Positions 50,766-63,800 of a stretch of 64,000 bases of DNA are shown one piece after another. Position 1 is the stretch's first letter; each line of letters begins with the position of its first letter. The stretch spans positions 75,454,001-75,518,000 of the forward strand of contig CM060731.1 in NCBI GenBank assembly GCA_030704615.1. Direction: 5' to 3'. The DNA comes from Takakia lepidozioides (Eukaryota; Plantae; Bryophyta). The translations under genes and the position numbers were made by a program. Below the pieces are notes generated by a model. That model saw nothing but the letters and a program-made list of their open reading frames with translations, did not search any database and was not told the DNA's origin.

Positions 50766-53700
50766 AGACGGCGTCCCCTCGTCCGTTGATCAACATTAGA
50801 TCAATGGTGTGCATGCTTTTCATCATGTGCATCCATTCTGTTCATGCGCAGTGCATCCAGTGTCCTCAATCATCGTGGCATGGCGCTCAAGCAACGTCTT
50901 ACTTGATGAATGTTCTTCTCATGCTGACTGTTCATACTACATCCATCCTGAACCAAGACGAACATCCTTTGCTTCGTTCATCCGCGTTCATCCTCCTTTA
51001 CTTACGTTCACCCTTCTACTGTTCATCCAGTTCGCCTTGCCTCTTCGCTTGTTGTCTCCTTCCCCCGCACACTCTATACTCTACATGCGAAATCCAAGTG
51101 TGTTTCTGATAACCTGTTTTCCCCTTACAGGAGCTCATGAAGCCAGTATCAAGGAGGAAGAACAAACAATGGCGGTGCCTCATCTAGACCTTCATTAACC
51201 TATGAGCAACGCCAAGAATGTTATCAGAAACTAAGAGAGCTCAAGAGACGCACCAGGTGCAAATCTGTGTGGCAAATACAACATTGGGTGAGGGAGTGCA
51301 CTGAACCAGAAGGAAAGAGGCCATACGTTGCAGTTAAACTAGAACATGAGCCAGTTACACGAGCCTTCATGGCTAGCGTCACAAGCACAACTTGTCACGA
51401 ACCACATGTTGACGGTGAAGCCTAGTCTTGGTATGCCGATAGTGGAGCATCTCAGCATATGATTGACAATCGACATTGGTTCAAGAATTTTACAGTCATA
51501 CCAATCGGTCAATTACCGGTGCAAGCTGTTGGGAATCACACCGTATGGGTGACTGGACGTGGTGACATTAAGATACTCACACTCGTGGAGGGACAGTGGG
51601 AGCCAGGCATTTTGCAGGATGTCTTGTATATGCCAGGATTGAAGCGCAACCTGTTCTCTATAGCACGTATCACTCATAAGGATGTGGAAACTGTTTACAA
51701 CAAACATGGTTGTGAAATGAGGAGTGGCAACACTGTCGTGATGGAGGGAGTTCTAACGAACATGATGTTTGAGCTCAAGATCAAGGTCATAATACCACAA
51801 GTGCTACAAGCAAATTTTGCTGCATCACTGGGCACCAGTTCAACTGCAGATGGGACCCAAAGCTTGGAACTATGGCATTGTAGACTCGAACACCTCAGTA
51901 CTGCCATGATCAAGAAAATGGAAACCATTGCCATGGTTGTTGGTCTGCGAGTTAAAAATAGCACTGCAGGTACTACCCTTTGTCATGGCTGTGCCTACGG
52001 CAAGAATCGTTGAAGAAGCTTCCCAACGAATATGGACCACAAAGAGGGACAAAACCAGGAGAAATTTTGCACACAGACGTGTGTGGCCCCATGAACGTCG
52101 ATTCTGTTGGAGGAGCAAATTTGTACATAGTCGACAGTACTTTAAGGTACTATGTACTATTCAAGGATGATAGCACAGCCTATTGCTTTGTTTTTGGTAC
52201 TCAAAGGAAGTCAGAGGTTCTTTCAGAAACTACTTCGACAAATTCACACACTCAACATCGCATTCGCATATTGAGAAGCGACCATGGTGGAGAATACTTA
52301 AACAAGGCATTTGAGCCGTTTATCAACAATGAGAACATTCGATACGAACTATCTGTTGCCTACACCCCTGAGCAGAATGGAACTGCAGAAAAGGAGAACC
52401 GTACCATTGTGGAGTGCATCAGGAGCATGCTTCATCATAAGAATGCTCCCCTAAAGTTTTGGGGTGAAGTGGTGAACACAGCCGTTTACATCCTTAACAG
52501 GACCAGCACCAAAAAGCAGCTTGAAGGAATGACGCCATTTGAGCATGGACCGGAGTAAAGTCATCAGTGGAGCACATGAGGACATTCGGGTGTGATGCCT
52601 ACGTTCATATTCCTAAAGCTCTACGCAAGAAACTGGATGCAAAGAGTAAGAAAATAATCTTTCTTGGATACTCAGACGAGAGCAAAACATACCGTGTTTG
52701 TGACATAGAGAGAAATTGTGTCATCACAGTGAGAGACGTGATTTTTGATGAATCATCTCCACAAGAGCCACGCTATCATACTGAAACAAAGTTTGTTGGC
52801 AATCAAGTTACACTCCTATATCCAACAAATGCGGAGATTGTGAACAATCACAGTGATGCCCTAGAGGAGGAATCTCGAGTTGATACTACCAATCCTCCAG
52901 CATCACCTGAATTGATAGTTGACCTACAAGTTGACCTACGGATGAAGCTGTAACGCCACAACAAAGTCCTACACTTCTGGACATGGCCATGGTGCCATCG
53001 CTGCCACATCGCAGCAAGAAGCCACCAGCTCGATACGGAGAATGGATCTATCATAATCAAGAGGCTCCAAGTGCATTTGCTACTGAATCCATTGAGATGC
53101 CCGATGAACCACAGATGTACCATCAGGCCACACAATCTACGCACGCTGCATAGCGGCCAATGGCCATGACCGATGAGTTCGATTATTTGATTAAGAGTGA
53201 AACCTGGACGTTGACAGATTTGCCGCCAAGACACCATGCTGTAAATTGCAAATGGGTGTATAAACTGAAATTGAAGTCTGATGGCTCAATCGATCGGTTC
53301 AAAGCGAGAGTTTTGGCTAAAGACTTTACACAGCGAGAGGGAATCGACTACCATGAAACATATGCACCAGTGGCACGTTTTGATTCCATCCGTGTTGTTT
53401 AGCAATTGCTGCCATCGAGGATATGCACATGGTGCAATTTGATGTCGAGACTGCATTTCTCTATGGCGAAGTCGATGATGAGATTTACATGGACCTAGCT
53501 CCAGGATTCATCGACGACTTCCTGGTCACACATCATCTCACACATAGTACAACTCACACATAGTACAACAGACCCTTGCGATATATATTTCAATGCAACA
53601 TAGTCGTGAGCCGCAATTGATATAGCCGCAATTGATTGTCACTATTTTTGTTGATGACAGTATCAGTACTTCCCGCATTCAGAACACCATTGCGTCAATG

Positions 53701-53823
53701 GATGATGTCTTTGAGATAAAGACGGGAGTTCCTGATTGTTATGTTGGTTTACGCATCATCAGAAACCGAGCTCTTCGTCTGCTTTTCTTAGATCAACAAG
53801 TATACATCGAGCGCACAATACAG

Positions 53824-54245
53824 CCAAAAGACCGGATGGGTTTCCGTGGAGAGGTGCAAGGGAGAGAACCCCAGCGTTCATGCAGACGCTCTTGGAGTCA
53901 TGCAGCCACCATTCTGCAAGGGTGGTCGACCTCACACTATCCACACGTTCGTTGGTTCAATACTGTTCCCATTTTTGAGTTCTTCCGGTTTGCATCCGAT
54001 TTGGAATCCTCTACAACATTCTTGATGCTTTCTGTCTTGGCAGGTGCGACTTATCGACTTATCGTGTTTGCAAGGTTGGCGGGAGAAGCCTTTTTGGCAT
54101 GGAGGGCGACACCGAACTATTCAAAAGTGTCCTCCTCCCTCTTGTGTCTGGCTCTACGTCTGGCACACAGACTGAACAAATTCAAATCAGAAATGATGAG
54201 GATACCGAGGATAAGCAGGTCGACAACGACATTTCATGTGAGTAA
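53824..54245 (+). pseudogene. Intron-containing C-terminal fragment of a beta-class N4-cytosine/N6-adenine DNA methyltransferase, inserted in copia RT
   Basis: PWRGARERTPAFMQTLLESCSHHSARVVDLTLST, then a 97-nt GT-AG intron (53947-54043), then (R)ATYRVCKVGGRSLFGMEGDTELFKSVLLPL after removing an 8-bp duplication GACTTATC. Spacing parallels N6_N4_Mtase motifs X-I-II (KP..L...LI...S..GD.VLDPF.GSGTT..AA...GR..IG.E.D). Confidence 0.55.
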
Positions 54246-54249
54246 GTTT

Positions 54250-54606
54250 GTCATGGAACTGTGATTCCAGTTTGGGTGCATGTTCAATTGCTGCCTTTGG
54301 TGATGCAACCATGCACCTCTTTGCATCTGGTAGTCTGACAAGCATTCACCTTGGTACGATTCCAGCTCTGAAGATGTCGCCATGTGGACCTCTTTCCCCT
54401 TTTCCAAAGCTGCCAGGGCAGTGTTCAGATTGACATTTGGTACAATTCCAGCTTTGATGATATCCCCATGCACCTTTTTGCCCTTCTCCAGGCCAGCTGC
54501 CAGGCATGCACAAGCATTGCAAATGCACACAAACATGTTGTGCTTCCCCCATCATTTGCTCATAGCTCTCCAAAGCCTCCATTCCACATCCCTGCTGTGC
54601 ATACCT
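54250..54606 (-). pseudogene. PLS-class PPR gene fragment inserted in copia RT
   Basis: GYAQQGCGMEALESYEQM..FVCICNACACLAAGLEKGKKVHGDIIKAGIVPNVNLNTAL..ALEKGKEVHGDI; frameshifted. Confidence 0.8.
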
Positions 54607-56796
54607 GGCTTTGAGGATGCTAATCTAGTCATTGTACCTGTTGACCCCAATGTTCAGCTCTGCCTTTCATCCACAACCGAAGAAAATGTTGAGACAAATT
54701 TTCCCTATCAGTAGATTCTGGGGAGCATTGCATTTGCCAGTCTTGGCACTCAGCTAGATATTGCATACGCGGTCCCTAATGTTGCCAAGTACTTCGCCGC
54801 TCCTACACGAGCTCATTGTGTTGTTTTGAAGCGGATCTTGAAATATCTTAAGGGTACATCGCATCTCTCCATTTGCTATGGAGGAACTGCCAACAACAAT
54901 GTCCTCACTGCCTATTGTGATGTAGATTATGGAGCAGACCTTGATGATCGAAAATGTCGAAGTGGCTACATTCTTTTCCTCAACAATGGTCCCATTGCCT
55001 GGGGGTCTCAAAAACAATGGTGTACAGCAGACAGTACCACTGAGGCCGAGTATGTGGCTAGCTTTGTAGCCACTAAAGAAATTACTTGGCTTTGCCGTCT
55101 ACTCGCAAGTGTTGGATATCCACAGCGTTCATCTACCTTGCTTCTATCCGATAGCCAATGTTGCATCAAGCTCGCTCACAACCCAAAGTTCCCCAAGCGT
55201 ACAAAACACATAGATATTCAACATCACATTGTGCGAGAGAAGCTGAGCGAAGGGGAGATTTATATTTCATATGTGCCCACAGGTGAGCCAATATCTTTAC
55301 TAAGGGTTTGAGTACAAAGAAATTTCAGCGTTTGCATGGCTTACTTGGTCTTGCACCAGTGATCCGTATCATTGCCCGATCATTGAGTGGGAGTAGCATG
55401 CATCATGATGAGTGCAATGCTCACTGGCTCATTGAGTGGGAGTGTTGGATATTTTGAATCGAGTTCACCAATGAGCAGTACGAGTAGTGTTTGAATTAGT
55501 AGCTACTTACCTACAGGTTATAGTCACCACCAAGATTACTTAGATAGTGACTTACCATTCTTTCCGCCTTACTATTCAAGATCGTCTTCCACTCTATTTT
55601 GCTGGTTGTAGTTCTTGTTACGTTTGTCAGATGTTGTAGAGTGCCATCTGGACTCTCTTTAGTTCTGTGTGATAGAGTAGTCACATACAGTGATCAGATT
55701 CACTTGCTACCAAGGGATCATTGACTACTAGCCGAGAAGCTGACGATATAAAATTCCGGTGCTTGCTGCAAAGGCCGTTTTGCATTGATGGTCTGGTAAT
55801 TGCAAGAGTAAGTTGATCTTAGCATAAGGTCTGATTACCTGTGATAACTACAAGTATGTTTAATACTACCCGATTGTCATGGTTAACCTTTAATATGATA
55901 CAAGGGCCTTCATCCCCTTCCTCATAATTTAAAAAGCAAAAACAAAAAAGAACGAGTTGTTCCTCTTCCGGAGCCCTGGCTCGCGCCTAGCAGACTCCCT
56001 AGATCCTTCTCTCCACATTTGAGGCTGCTACAGGGTTTCAGGTCTCATCTCGTGCTGAAAGCTGTGGTGGTCAGTTTGAGGTTCGCTCACATGCCTTTGT
56101 TCCACACTGAATATGTAGAGCATGTCGAAGAGTATAACTCCATGGAGCCTCTTGGCACTTGTGACTACCCTAGGAAATTGGGGCACACTTTTTCTTGTGC
56201 CGTTCATGTTTCACAGGCAGACTACTTAGGGGCAGTCTGGTCCTCCAAGGTTTGCTTGCAAACACTAAAAGTTATGATGGATTTGAGGTCTCTCATTAGA
56301 ATGAGTAAACTGTTAAACCTGGTTTGGCCAAAATATCACCCCAGGCGCTAATGAAGCCTATAACTTTTCTCAGCCAAACTATGATAGGTATACTCATGTG
56401 AGTCCTGTGCTGAACTTCAAACAATGCTCCAGATCAAAGCTGCATTCATACAAAGTCCTACAGTCATGAGAGGTGGAAACAGATAGAAAACTCCTGACAT
56501 GAGAACGCACAAAATCCACACTAGAACAATTCCAAAAAGTTATGCGGGGGAAACCTCCCAGGCTGCAAAATTTCCTGACTAAGGGTATACTGGCTTCATG
56601 TGGGAAATAATAGATGGCACCTGATTTTGGGCCTCTAACTGACATACTGTGAGAGCAAACACCTATTCCATCTACCCAAAAAACCGCTGAATTCGGTGTT
56701 TCAATACTTGAGCAAGCCTGCCTCTGCGGGAGTACCCACTGCCAGAAAGAGAAGCATGTAAATTGTGGGGAGGGAGAGCGAGAGACTACTCTCCCC

Positions 56797-58248
56797 TCAT
56801 AATTTCTGATGACTCGGCTTTCGTCCCAGGCGAAGAATCTTGCGGCAGAAATGAACCACGCCTTTCTTCTTCTTAGGCGCAGATAGCTTGGAGGTCGGGT
56901 ACGTCCAGCCATGGGCGGGGGGACGACAAGCCTGACAGAAAGAGGCGTCAGTGCCTGGGTTTCCCTGGACAATTACTCCCAAGCCACGCCCGCAAGCTAC
57001 GCATTCGAGCACCGCATGTTGAACCCCGTGCCTCTCAGTATAGGCGCGGGCCATCTCCTTTATTGCCTCAGAATGAGCTCCCCCTTCTCTCATGGATGAT
57101 GCTTTCTGCATTACTGGAACCTGGGTTCCGATGTTGTAGCCATAGCCTTCCTCTCTGGAGAATCCTCTCTCCTCTGCAAAACTAGAACCCATGCGATCAT
57201 ATCGCATTGACTGTGCTTTCTGTACAGGTGCCCCAGACCAGTTGTAGTCACTGGGATCTTCCCATCTGCCACTATCGTCCCCCTGTCCAGAACTCTGTCT
57301 GAACACTGGCATAGAATGCTGCCCAGATGCCCGCACCGACGGCGTTCGCTGGATCGATGCTACCCACCCATGCGTTTCTTTCATGGAAATATTTCTTGGC
57401 ACAGCAGCTTCCATGGATGTTGGCACACCATTGAAGGCATTCTCCCTCACAGGCACGGATCGCTGGACGGCGGCCACTGCCATCCAGCTATTCCCGTCCC
57501 TAACCGACGAGCTTCTTTGCACTGCAGGTGCCCACTGCCCACCAGCTTCATGCATTGAAAGGCATCGCGGCCCTCCTGTTGCCCAGTCCCCATCTTGCAG
57601 CCTGCCCGACTCTCGATAAGACCCTCCTCGTTGCAGTGATGCTGGCACATGCCCGTATTCTTGCATAACTCCTGCACCTCCCCATGCCTCAGTGCTGGGG
57701 CCCCAGCGACCACTTGCAGATTCGGAGTCCTGGATCCCCATCCCCCATCGCCCACTCGCTGACCCGCTCTCTTGAGTTGGAGGACCCCAGCGCCCACTTA
57801 CCGACCCAGGATCTTGTGTTCCTGAGGCCCATCGGCCACTTGCAGACCTTGAACGCGGCTCATTGGACATGGAGGAAACTCCCGGCCACCGCCCACTGCC
57901 AGGTCGAGACCCTCCCTCTCTGAAAGATGACACCTTAAGGGCATCACCCCACTCAGTCTGCCTCTCTCTTTGGTTGAAGTTTTGGGATCCAGGTTTCGAA
58001 TTTCCATTTGACGACTCGGGCGCCTCTCTTCGTGTTTCCCCCACAGAGCTAAGTCGTCCAGAGTCCGGTGCATCCTTTCGAGGGGATGCTGAGCTTGCTC
58101 TTTGAGTATCTGCCCCCGACACAGGCCTGGCTTGTGTTCGTCCATTCTCCTTTTCAGAGAATTCTTCTGGTGCAACATCAAATAAGCAGTTTTCTCTCTC
58201 ATCAAACTTCTCAGATCCGACAGGCCTAAGCCTGGCATACTTTTTCAT
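56797..58248 (-). CDS. Intronless 483-aa protein of unknown function; Ser/Gly-rich repeats and a C-terminal CxxC...CxxC finger
   Basis: Uninterrupted ATG-TGA ORF. SGRW motifs at ~13-aa spacing; repeated (V/M)Q(R/K)xxS(V/M)R(E/D); LECVACG..FCQACR; basic tail KKKKGVVHFCRKILRLG. Confidence 0.8.
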   Translation of the reverse strand: MKKYARLRPVGSEKFDERENCLFDVAPEEFSEKENGRTQARPVSGADTQRASSASPRKDAPDSGRLSSVGETRREAPESSNGNSKPGSQNFNQRERQTEWGDALKVSSFREGGSRPGSGRWPGVSSMSNEPRSRSASGRWASGTQDPGSVSGRWGPPTQESGSASGRWGMGIQDSESASGRWGPSTEAWGGAGVMQEYGHVPASLQRGGSYRESGRLQDGDWATGGPRCLSMHEAGGQWAPAVQRSSSVRDGNSWMAVAAVQRSVPVRENAFNGVPTSMEAAVPRNISMKETHGWVASIQRTPSVRASGQHSMPVFRQSSGQGDDSGRWEDPSDYNWSGAPVQKAQSMRYDRMGSSFAEERGFSREEGYGYNIGTQVPVMQKASSMREGGAHSEAIKEMARAYTERHGVQHAVLECVACGRGLGVIVQGNPGTDASFCQACRPPAHGWTYPTSKLSAPKKKKGVVHFCRKILRLGRKPSHQKL

Positions 58249-60858
58249 TATGTTGCTATGAGCACCAAGTAGATAACGGAGAATTTATCAGGCGCAGCTC
58301 CCACACTCAATCGTAGTCTAGATCCTTCATCTAGCACCAATTTCAACTGGCAACTACCAGGAGAGGCTCAGAGATCATCAGAAAACATCGTCGTGGCGGC
58401 TGACCCTCTCTCAGGTTAATATTCTCTGATGCACCCATGGATTATGCAAAGGAATGTCGTATGTAACTTAGATCATCAATCATGGACAACCAAAATGATC
58501 GACACTGCAGGATTACTGACATTGTGGGGCTAACCACTGGGACTAAAGAAAGAAGTCGTGAGAATTCGCACTGTAAGCACTGTGAAGGGAAAAGAAGGCA
58601 TTGTTTCCATCTGCTTTAGTGCTCCTTACGAGGAGCAATCTAGTATGAACCGAGGATTTCCACCAGATTGACAAACTTCCTGGTCATATCCAATGCTACC
58701 CTTCCAAAGCTGCGTAAGTCAAGACAGGGAATCAGAATCTAGGAAGCAGGGAAACTCGAGTCAAGCGATTCCGATAGACTACAAGGTGCTACCAGCAGAA
58801 ATGAAGAGTCAGAAACACCCTCGCAAACAACTAAACATGTCACCCACAACAAGCTGATCGGCGAGAGTATGGAATTAGAAGAAGATAACCGAAGATAAAG
58901 GAAAGGAGGCGTCAGCGGCCGAGCAATCCAACGAAGCAGTCACAGTACCCCTGGCCGTCACCAGCTGCTGGATGCAGCAACCGGAAGAGATGCAGAGACA
59001 CAGATGATCATTAGCACCGTCGTTTGAGAACCCAAAGAGGAAATGGGGGGTCCGCAGTTGATAAGGAAGCACTGCTCTTGCGAACTCCCAGAGTATGCCA
59101 CAAGCAACCACACCTTTCGGCTCCCAGCAGCCGCCAAACAGTCCAGAAGCAGGGAGAGAGATCGGGGAGGGAGAGGCGGGCCCGCACAAGGACAGAGTAG
59201 TAAAGCCATCGCTCTGACCAATCCCCGGACAGGCTGCTTGTCTTTACTATCCTAATCATTTTTGCACAGTGTCTACTCAACACTGCCTGCACACTCCCTA
59301 GGATTTGACTGCTCTCTGTACCATCCCCTTCTTTGCTTATGACATGATATGGCTATTATTGTCCTTCTTGCAAAGAATTACTCTACACCCCAGCTCGGAT
59401 CCCCACCAAGCAAAGATCACATCTGAAACTTGCTGGCTACTTGAATCGTAGTTAAAGCTACGTAGTCTCAATCATTATAAAAAACAAAATTAAATATTTA
59501 TTTTAATGTCGTCGTATTTATGTATATTCAATTATTGATGATGCAATGCTAACAAAGCAAGGGATCCTTGATTATAAGATCAACACTAATTCAATCTAGT
59601 TTCAACATTTCACCTACAACATAGCCAATTCAAGAGTGGCACAATGTAAAATCAACCTAACAATTAAATTGGAATATCATATGTATTGTAGCAGTTTAAA
59701 ATGGATAGTTACTAATTCTATATTGAATCAATGCAATGTGTAGATACTAAACTAAGCCTATGTTGTTACGTCTGTGTAAGATGCGCTTACATAGATTCAA
59801 CATCACTTTCCACTAACATCGATTAGCATTGAATGGACAGTTTTTGGACGAGATAATGCAGTAGAGACGTCCCTACAGCGCCTGGTCGCTCGTTCCCACT
59901 CAGGCTGGTAGTGTTGATCACGTTGTGACGAGCTTAAATTCGAATTCATAACGAATTTTTAGTGCAATAGCTTGCAATGTGTGTAGGAACTGTTCGTTGG
60001 AAGTTGAACTCCCTCGCACATGTACTCTTTCTGTGATAACATAGTGTTTTTCTGCAAGTTGAAGAGGAGGAGAGGCTGTGGACGGAGGTAATTGACAACT
60101 TGTACCAAAAGGCTGATGCTGAGCAGTGGGTTCCAGACATTGTGGCAAGAGCATGGGGTAACCGCGGAAACACTCGCAGTCGCCAGGTCAACCTTTCTTT
60201 ACTGTCATCATAACCCAAAACGTCAGGCTTTTGTTGTCAAAAATGTCTATTCAGTAGTCTTCTGTCTAGACTTGAGTTTGGGTGGAAATACATGTGATAC
60301 AAACGAGTATGCATAGGAAGAGATCCAGGCAGGGAAAGTGATTGAAGTCTCTTTAAGTCTGAATGCCACCTAGTTCCATGTCCAGCCCCCCAAAAGCTTT
60401 CTCGCGAGCAGTGGATGTGGAGCCTCTACAGGCACTGGGGAGATTTTGAAGCACTCCATTCAATTGGCTCCGTCTGTACATACTAAGCCCCTCTCCTTCT
60501 ATGAGGCGGCACCCTTTTCTAACTAACACATTGCACGTCTTTGTAATATATTAGTCTGAGCTCCAGTGAACCAAGGTGCTGATAGAAGCAAGGAGTGTGG
60601 TCCATATAGAAGTTTAAAATCAGAGAGGGGTGCTCCACCCTAGCTGGTTGGAGGTTGGGAACCGCCTATACCATGGGGGATAGTTCTGTCTTGAGGCTGT
60701 ATTTTACGTGTCTTTCATACAAACTGGACGCTGAAATAGGTTGGGCTATGGATTATGCAGGCGCCCTTAAATTGCTCCCCGATGTGGAGCCATCAACTTT
60801 GCTCACAAATCTGCACTAACGGCACCAAAAAAGCATAGCCTGTCGATCCCATGAGCTT

Positions 60859-63800
60859 GTGAGAGAGAAGAGGCCGGCTATTGACTTAGCAAGGGCTCAC
60901 CATAGGTCTTTCATACCACTTGACCAACCTTCTGGTGGTCATGACCTTCTTGAAGAGCTTGAATATTTGTCACCGCCCATTGAAGAAGTTCCCATTGAAG
61001 ATTTCCGCCCCCAATACAATCCCACGTTCTCTCTTGTGCATTGGATCAGAAATTGCAAAACAAGACAGGATTGTCAATCAAGGATATCATTCACTCTTTA
61101 GCCAGGTTTTGTTCCATCCCTCATTCAAACACTGGCGGAGGTTTACTGAGGGTTGCGGCTGACATAGAAAAATACGAGGAAACACTATTCAAAAATGAGG
61201 ATGGTTGGTTTGAGCACGCGGTGCATATCGAGGACGGAGATATTGGACAAAGAATCTACTATCGAGATCTTCTTGAGGCTCTAGCGTCTCTTTTCTCGTC
61301 CCCACAAGTTGCAGAGGGCTTTCAAATGGCTCCAAGGATAGTACGCCATGACTCGGATTCTCTACACCCCGACACTGGCCGATGGTGGCAAACAATGCAG
61401 GTATGTTTGTCAATGGGAGTGGTATATCACAGAAATTGTCCAATCCCCTAGCTTAATGGAGATTGTTTGACTCATTCTGAATCCAACTTGTTGCTTGAAG
61501 ACCAGCCACTCTTTCTTGTATGATGACAAACTCCCCTTAGTTCTTCACCAATACCTTGTGAGCTAGATCTTCACATCTTTTTTGTCCATAATGCAGGAAC
61601 ACATTAAATGTGATGGAGCAGTGGTAGCACCATTGATCTTGCATAGTGATCAAACAACTTTATCCAACGATGGAAGGGCGTCTGGCTATCCACTTGTTAT
61701 GACGATTGGAAACATTGCATGCAAAAATAGATATATGGACGAGGGACATTTGTTACTTGCAGTTCTACCTATTTTTTCGTCATCTGAGGTGTCACACGAA
61801 CGAAGGCTACAGATTTTTCATGAATGCCTCAGCCACATGTTGGAGCCACTGAAGAAAGCTAGTTATAGGTTAAATCATCACCAATCTTTCATTTCCACTA
61901 AATGTTGAATGTTGAATGTTTGTATGAGCAATAATCAATTGAGAAACTCCATTTCTAACTTTTTGCCTTTGTTTGCAGTGGCATAGTTTTATCAGACCCT
62001 TTCGACAATGAGCAGTGGGTATTTCCACTTCTTTATGCGTACATTTGCGATCATCCCGAAGGATGCAAGGTGAAATGATATAAACATATGACCTAATTAG
62101 GTTTTGGGAGGTTTCTTGCAACATTCTTGTCTAATGAGTATCTTGTTTTGGACAGGTCACTGCAACTTACGACACGAACCAGTGTCAATTACCTTGCAGT
62201 ATGTGCCTTTGCCCTAAGGAAATGCTAAGGGAAGTTGGAGAGAAGTTCCCATATCGAACTGAAGTTGGAATGAAAAGGGTTGTGGAATGGATGCTCAAAG
62301 CATCAAAGCAAGTTACCAAGGACTTGTCCAGAAAACATTCATTGCATCCTGTCAAGGTTGGTAACTCACTCTTAAATTACCTTTGAATTGCTTACTAACA
62401 CATGGTAAGCATTACTGAATTCAAATATATGTGATATTTTGTTTGTCTTCTTGACAGTGGGCGCATACGTGCAAGTACTTGCTGACATAATCTTTGACTA
62501 CTAGTTCTGGTATGTTGTCTGCAGTGTGTTTTGTGGGGTTTTAATGGGGGCGACACAGAGTTTGGGAATCCCTACAGAGCAGTCAATGTGGACATGCTCC
62601 ACCAATCGGACTTGGGGGTTTTCAAAACTTTAGTGGACATTCTACGGAACATTGCAATGTCCGTGCCACGACAAAAGATCCTCTTGGAGTTGGATCAACG
62701 GCTTTTGGCAATCAAGCGTGTATCTAGATTTTCAGAATTCAGAGTGCCAGGCACTGACAAAGGAGGATACTTCTCCTCAAATGCAAATTTTGCTGTGTTC
62801 GAACATCGCTCTGTTGTGCAGGTAATTTCTCATTCCATGTTTGCAAGTGACTCAAGTACCTGAAGTGCATAAGAAATTCCTCATGACATTGTGACCTCAA
62901 AATTGCAGGTTATTGTACTTTCTATGGTGGGTCTCTTTTCTCCAGACATTGTGGGAGCGGTTGTGAAATATTTGCGGTGGTATGAGGTTGCTTGTCGCAC
63001 CAAAGAACATCATGATGAGTCACTTGCACGAATGGATTCGTTGATGCTGGAGTAAGAATCTCATAACTATACATTGGGACATCATTCTTGAGCAAACATT
63101 GAATTGAACTTTTACTGGTAAGCAAGTCATATATATCATGTGCCTCACTGAACTCGTGTTGGATGTTGTATGTGGAGTCAGAGCAATCAATACATTCAAG
63201 GTTACTTTCTCAACGTGGCAGAAATCCAACTTTAACCTGGTCAAAGTGCATGCAATGATGCATTTTGCCGATGCCATCCAAAGATCCGGGGCACCTTTTG
63301 AGTACAGCTCAAACATGTACGAGCATCTGCACATAGTGCTCATGAAGACTGCTTACAGAGGAAGCAACCGCAAAGATTTTTCAAGTTACATTGTCAAACA
63401 TAACCAACGACGTCAAGCTCTTCGAGAGGGTGCTAAAGATTTGGAAGGGTCTCCTCCTTCCTTTGAGAAGGTCACAACACTAGATATGGTACAATTTGAA
63501 CCTTATGCTTTCAAGTTTTATTTGGTTTCTTGTGTCCCACACTCAAATTTCAAATTTTGTGGATGAAGGTTCTAAGTCAGTTGGACATCGCTTCTTGTTG
63601 ATTGATGAGGTAGTATAATGGTGGTATTCGCAGGCAGTGCAAAGCGGAATGAATGTACTAGTAGGAGCTAAGGCCAACCTACGATTGTCCTGGCTGTCTT
63701 CTTCCGAATCAGAGACTGGATCACATTCAAATGTTTGTTATCCCAAACGGTTGCAAGAGATTCTCTCACAACAACCAGAGATCATGCAGAGGCTTTTGGA

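Larger units (their letters stand above)
51130..55442 (+). mobile_element. Decayed Ty1/copia internal region (gag knuckle, protease, integrase, RT, RNase H)
   Basis: WYADSGASQHM, LWHCRLEH, HTDVCGPM, LRSDHGGEY, YTPEQNG.AE, CKWVYKLK..RFKAR, QFDVETAFL, FVDD, YCDVDY..STTEAEY..RTKHIDI. Domain order is copia-type, with many stops and frameshifts. PPT TTGAGTGGGAG ends at 55442, then TGTTGG (3' LTR start 55443). Confidence 0.93.

Noticed and set aside
53632-54264. 210-aa ORF read as continuous copia RT
   Set aside because: Only the first ~63 aa are RT; the rest reads through the inserted MTase fragment and its intron, mostly out of frame.
56394-56972. 192-aa minus ORF overlapping the 483-aa gene
   Set aside because: Alternative frame running into the 3' UTR; non-ATG start and no motifs.
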